From sequence record MK448234.1: a stretch of DNA of 48,230 nt; one strand, given 5' to 3'. The position numbers and the translations under genes were made by a program. Origin of the DNA: Klebsiella phage ST11-VIM1phi8.2. The number at the start of each line of letters is the position of its first letter. Position 1 is the first letter of the stretch. Below the pieces are notes generated by a model. It was not told the DNA's origin and did not search any database. It saw only the letters and a list, made by a program, of their open reading frames with translations. This document shows, in pieces, positions 46,557 through 48,230 of this stretch.

Positions 46557-47714
46557 ATGGAGCCACGCCGCGTGAATGGCAAAAATCACTGGTATCACGA
46601 AACCCAGTCAACAATCTGCCCGGTGGATGTCCTGCCGCTCGTCCCTGAAGCCGCCCATGTTGAAGACCGCTTTTTGCTGGACCTGACGCTGCCGGCCGCC
46701 TGGCTACGTGCCCACGCTGACTGGCTACACCCCGCACGCCAGCTGGCCGAACTGCTGTTTCCCGACCAGGTGGCGGTGAGTCGCCTGCAGACCTTTACCG
46801 CTTACGATCGACTCAGCACCGCGCTCACCGTCGCCCAGGTCTACGGCGTCCAGCGGCTGTGTAACCACTACGCCGCCCGCCTTGCTCCCCTGCCAGGCCC
46901 CGATTCCTCGCGCGAGAGCAACCGTCGTCTGGCGCAAATCACGCAATATGCTCGTCAGCTTGCCGGTTCGCCCTCGGTTATTAACGCTCTCTCCCGTAGC
47001 CAGCTGGACGAAGTGGGCTTAACCAGTCGGGACATTATTCTGTTCAACCAGATTATCGGATTCGTCGGCTTCCAGGCGCGGGCGATTGCCGTCCTGCAGG
47101 CGGCCCAGGGCTTTCCGGTGCGCTGGATCCCCGGTATGCCCCAGCAAGAGGAGGCACCCGCGGAACTGTTCGCCCCGCCGCCGGGAGCATGGCAGGCAGA
47201 CATTGCGGATCCCGACCTGCAGTATGCCGATGATGAGCGTCAGCGGCGCATCGCCGGCTGGCAGTCGCTGCCCGGTCTGGGCGAGCTGGCGCCGCTGCTG
47301 GCCTGCGACCCACAGTTATTCGCGCCTCTGGAGACCTTGATCCGCCAGCTCAGCACGGATGATACCTTTGGCCCGCAGGTCGCCTTACTCACGGCGCGCA
47401 CCAATGGCAGCCCCACCTGTTTTGACGCCTGGCTCCCCCACTGGCAGGGTGAAGAGGAGTTCGCCAGCCATCTGCGGGAGGGCGACCAGGCCCTCCATCA
47501 CTGGCTCCAGCAGCATCCTCAGGCCCGGTCTCTCGTGACCGCGGTGCAGCTGTTAACCCGCTCGCCTGACCGGTTTAGCGCCGCCCAGTTAACGCCCCTC
47601 GCGGAATATCGACTCTCTGAGCAACAAGCAATCGATCTGTTGATCTGGAGCGGGCTGTGCGGATGGATGAATCGTCTGAAAATCGCCCTCGGCAATGTGC
47701 GTCAGCAGACGTAA
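46557..47714 (+). CDS. Conserved hypothetical protein (possibly a CMD/AhpD-like domain protein)
   Basis: 385-aa ORF between fabI and rnb. Family assignment uncertain. Confidence 0.45.
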   Translation: MEPRRVNGKNHWYHETQSTICPVDVLPLVPEAAHVEDRFLLDLTLPAAWLRAHADWLHPARQLAELLFPDQVAVSRLQTFTAYDRLSTALTVAQVYGVQRLCNHYAARLAPLPGPDSSRESNRRLAQITQYARQLAGSPSVINALSRSQLDEVGLTSRDIILFNQIIGFVGFQARAIAVLQAAQGFPVRWIPGMPQQEEAPAELFAPPPGAWQADIADPDLQYADDERQRRIAGWQSLPGLGELAPLLACDPQLFAPLETLIRQLSTDDTFGPQVALLTARTNGSPTCFDAWLPHWQGEEEFASHLREGDQALHHWLQQHPQARSLVTAVQLLTRSPDRFSAAQLTPLAEYRLSEQQAIDLLIWSGLCGWMNRLKIALGNVRQQT

Positions 47715-47795
47715 ATTGCTGAAACAGCGCTTGCTGCGGCAGGCATATTCGCGTAAAAATGTCAGCCGCTCTTTTAGCCACGAAAATACCTAATT

Positions 47796-48230
47796 ATGTT
47801 TCAGGATAACCCGCTGCTAGCGCAGCTTAAACAGCAACTGCATTCCCAGACGCCGCGCGCGGAAGGGGTCGTTAAGGGCACGGAAAAGGGCTTTGGCTTC
47901 CTCGAAGTGGACGCTCAGAAGAGCTACTTCATTCCGCCGCCGCAGATGAAAAAAGTGATGCATGGCGACCGTATCGTCGCGGTGATCCATTCTGAAAAAG
48001 AACGCGAAAGCGCCGAGCCGGAATCGCTGGTTGAGCCCTTCCTGACTCGTTTTGTCGGTAAAGTCCAGAAGAAAGACGATCGCCTCGCTATCGTTCCTGA
48101 CCATCCGCTGCTGAAAGACGCCATTCCCTGCCGCGCCGCCCGCGGCGTTGAGCACGATTTTAAACAGGGTGACTGGGCCGTCGCCGAGATGCGCCGTCAT
48201 CCATTAAAAGGCGACCGCGGATTTTACGCG
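47796..48230 (+). CDS. rnb: Exoribonuclease II (RNase II), 5' partial, runs off the window
   Basis: [64 protein letters not shown]... matches the RNase II N-terminus. No stop before the window end. Confidence 0.9.
   Translation, partial: MFQDNPLLAQLKQQLHSQTPRAEGVVKGTEKGFGFLEVDAQKSYFIPPPQMKKVMHGDRIVAVIHSEKERESAEPESLVEPFLTRFVGKVQKKDDRLAIVPDHPLLKDAIPCRAARGVEHDFKQGDWAVAEMRRHPLKGDRGFYA

Noticed and set aside
46090-46737. ORFs antisense to or overlapping fabI, and ORFs in the 46486..47340 region overlapping the 385-aa gene
   Set aside because: They are embedded in strongly supported host genes. Their composition is typical of GC-rich antisense frames.
1-48230. Searched for tRNA/tmRNA genes (as integration targets), rRNA and CRISPR repeat-spacer arrays
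   Set aside because: No cloverleaf-compatible tRNA-like sequence was found adjacent to the integrase, and no regularly spaced direct repeats with unique spacers were found. The only repeat families are the ori iterons, operator repeats, the A/B elements and the 21-nt motif described above.

Overview
This window holds about 40.4 kb of a lambdoid (siphovirus-type) prophage (1..~40375), extending leftward out of the window, followed by about 8 kb of enterobacterial chromosome that looks Klebsiella/Enterobacter-like. The host part is sapC-sapD-sapF, a frameshifted NCS1-type permease, a HutD-family gene, fabI, a conserved hypothetical gene and the 5' end of rnb.

Structural and late genes are all on the minus strand, in this order by descending coordinate: small and large terminase, portal, head morphogenesis (Mu F/SPP1 gp7-like), scaffold, major capsid, Ig-domain protein, connector/neck proteins, tail terminator, major tail protein with Ig domain, G/GT chaperones with a canonical A_AAA_AAG -1 slippery site, tape measure, minor tail proteins M/L/K-like, and a 1022-aa J-like tip protein whose stop codon sits at bases 1-3.

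The remaining modules are:
- Lysis cassette: holin, GH108 endolysin, a membrane accessory protein, overlapping Rz/Rz1 spanins.
- Q antiterminator with a pR'-like promoter and tandem terminators.
- Nin region: NinB, a lambda-PPase-like phosphatase, NinG.
- Replication: an O-like initiator with five TTACC-N-GGTAA iterons plus an AT-rich ori inside the gene, and a DnaC-like helicase loader.
- Immunity: CII-like, Cro-like, and a divergent CI (S24 LexA-like) with ATTGCTAT-type operator repeats at OR and OL.
- Early-left operon on the plus strand: small peptides, RecT, a lambda-Exo/YqaJ exonuclease, an MT-A70 adenine methylase, an AlpA-type excisionase.
- A tyrosine integrase convergent on the minus strand, abutting sapC. 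The prophage appears to sit inside the sap operon, upstream of sapC.

Several AT-rich accessory ('moron') insertions stand out:
- A ParA/MinD-type deviant Walker-A ATPase plus a 39-aa transmembrane peptide, co-oriented downstream of cI at the rexAB-equivalent position.
- A 342-aa two-TM, long coiled-coil protein on the opposite strand at the ren/nin position, next to a frameshifted gene remnant.
- A small, very acidic protein divergently transcribed from the OL operator region.
- Lipoprotein, zinc-ribbon membrane and small membrane protein genes wedged between GT and the tape measure, and another membrane protein after the tape measure.
- Between the spanins and the small terminase, a roughly 2-kb accessory region with two paralogous ~150-nt structured elements that each end in a Rho-independent terminator (candidate sRNAs), and a 40-bp repeat following two small ORFs.

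No tRNA, rRNA or CRISPR array was seen.
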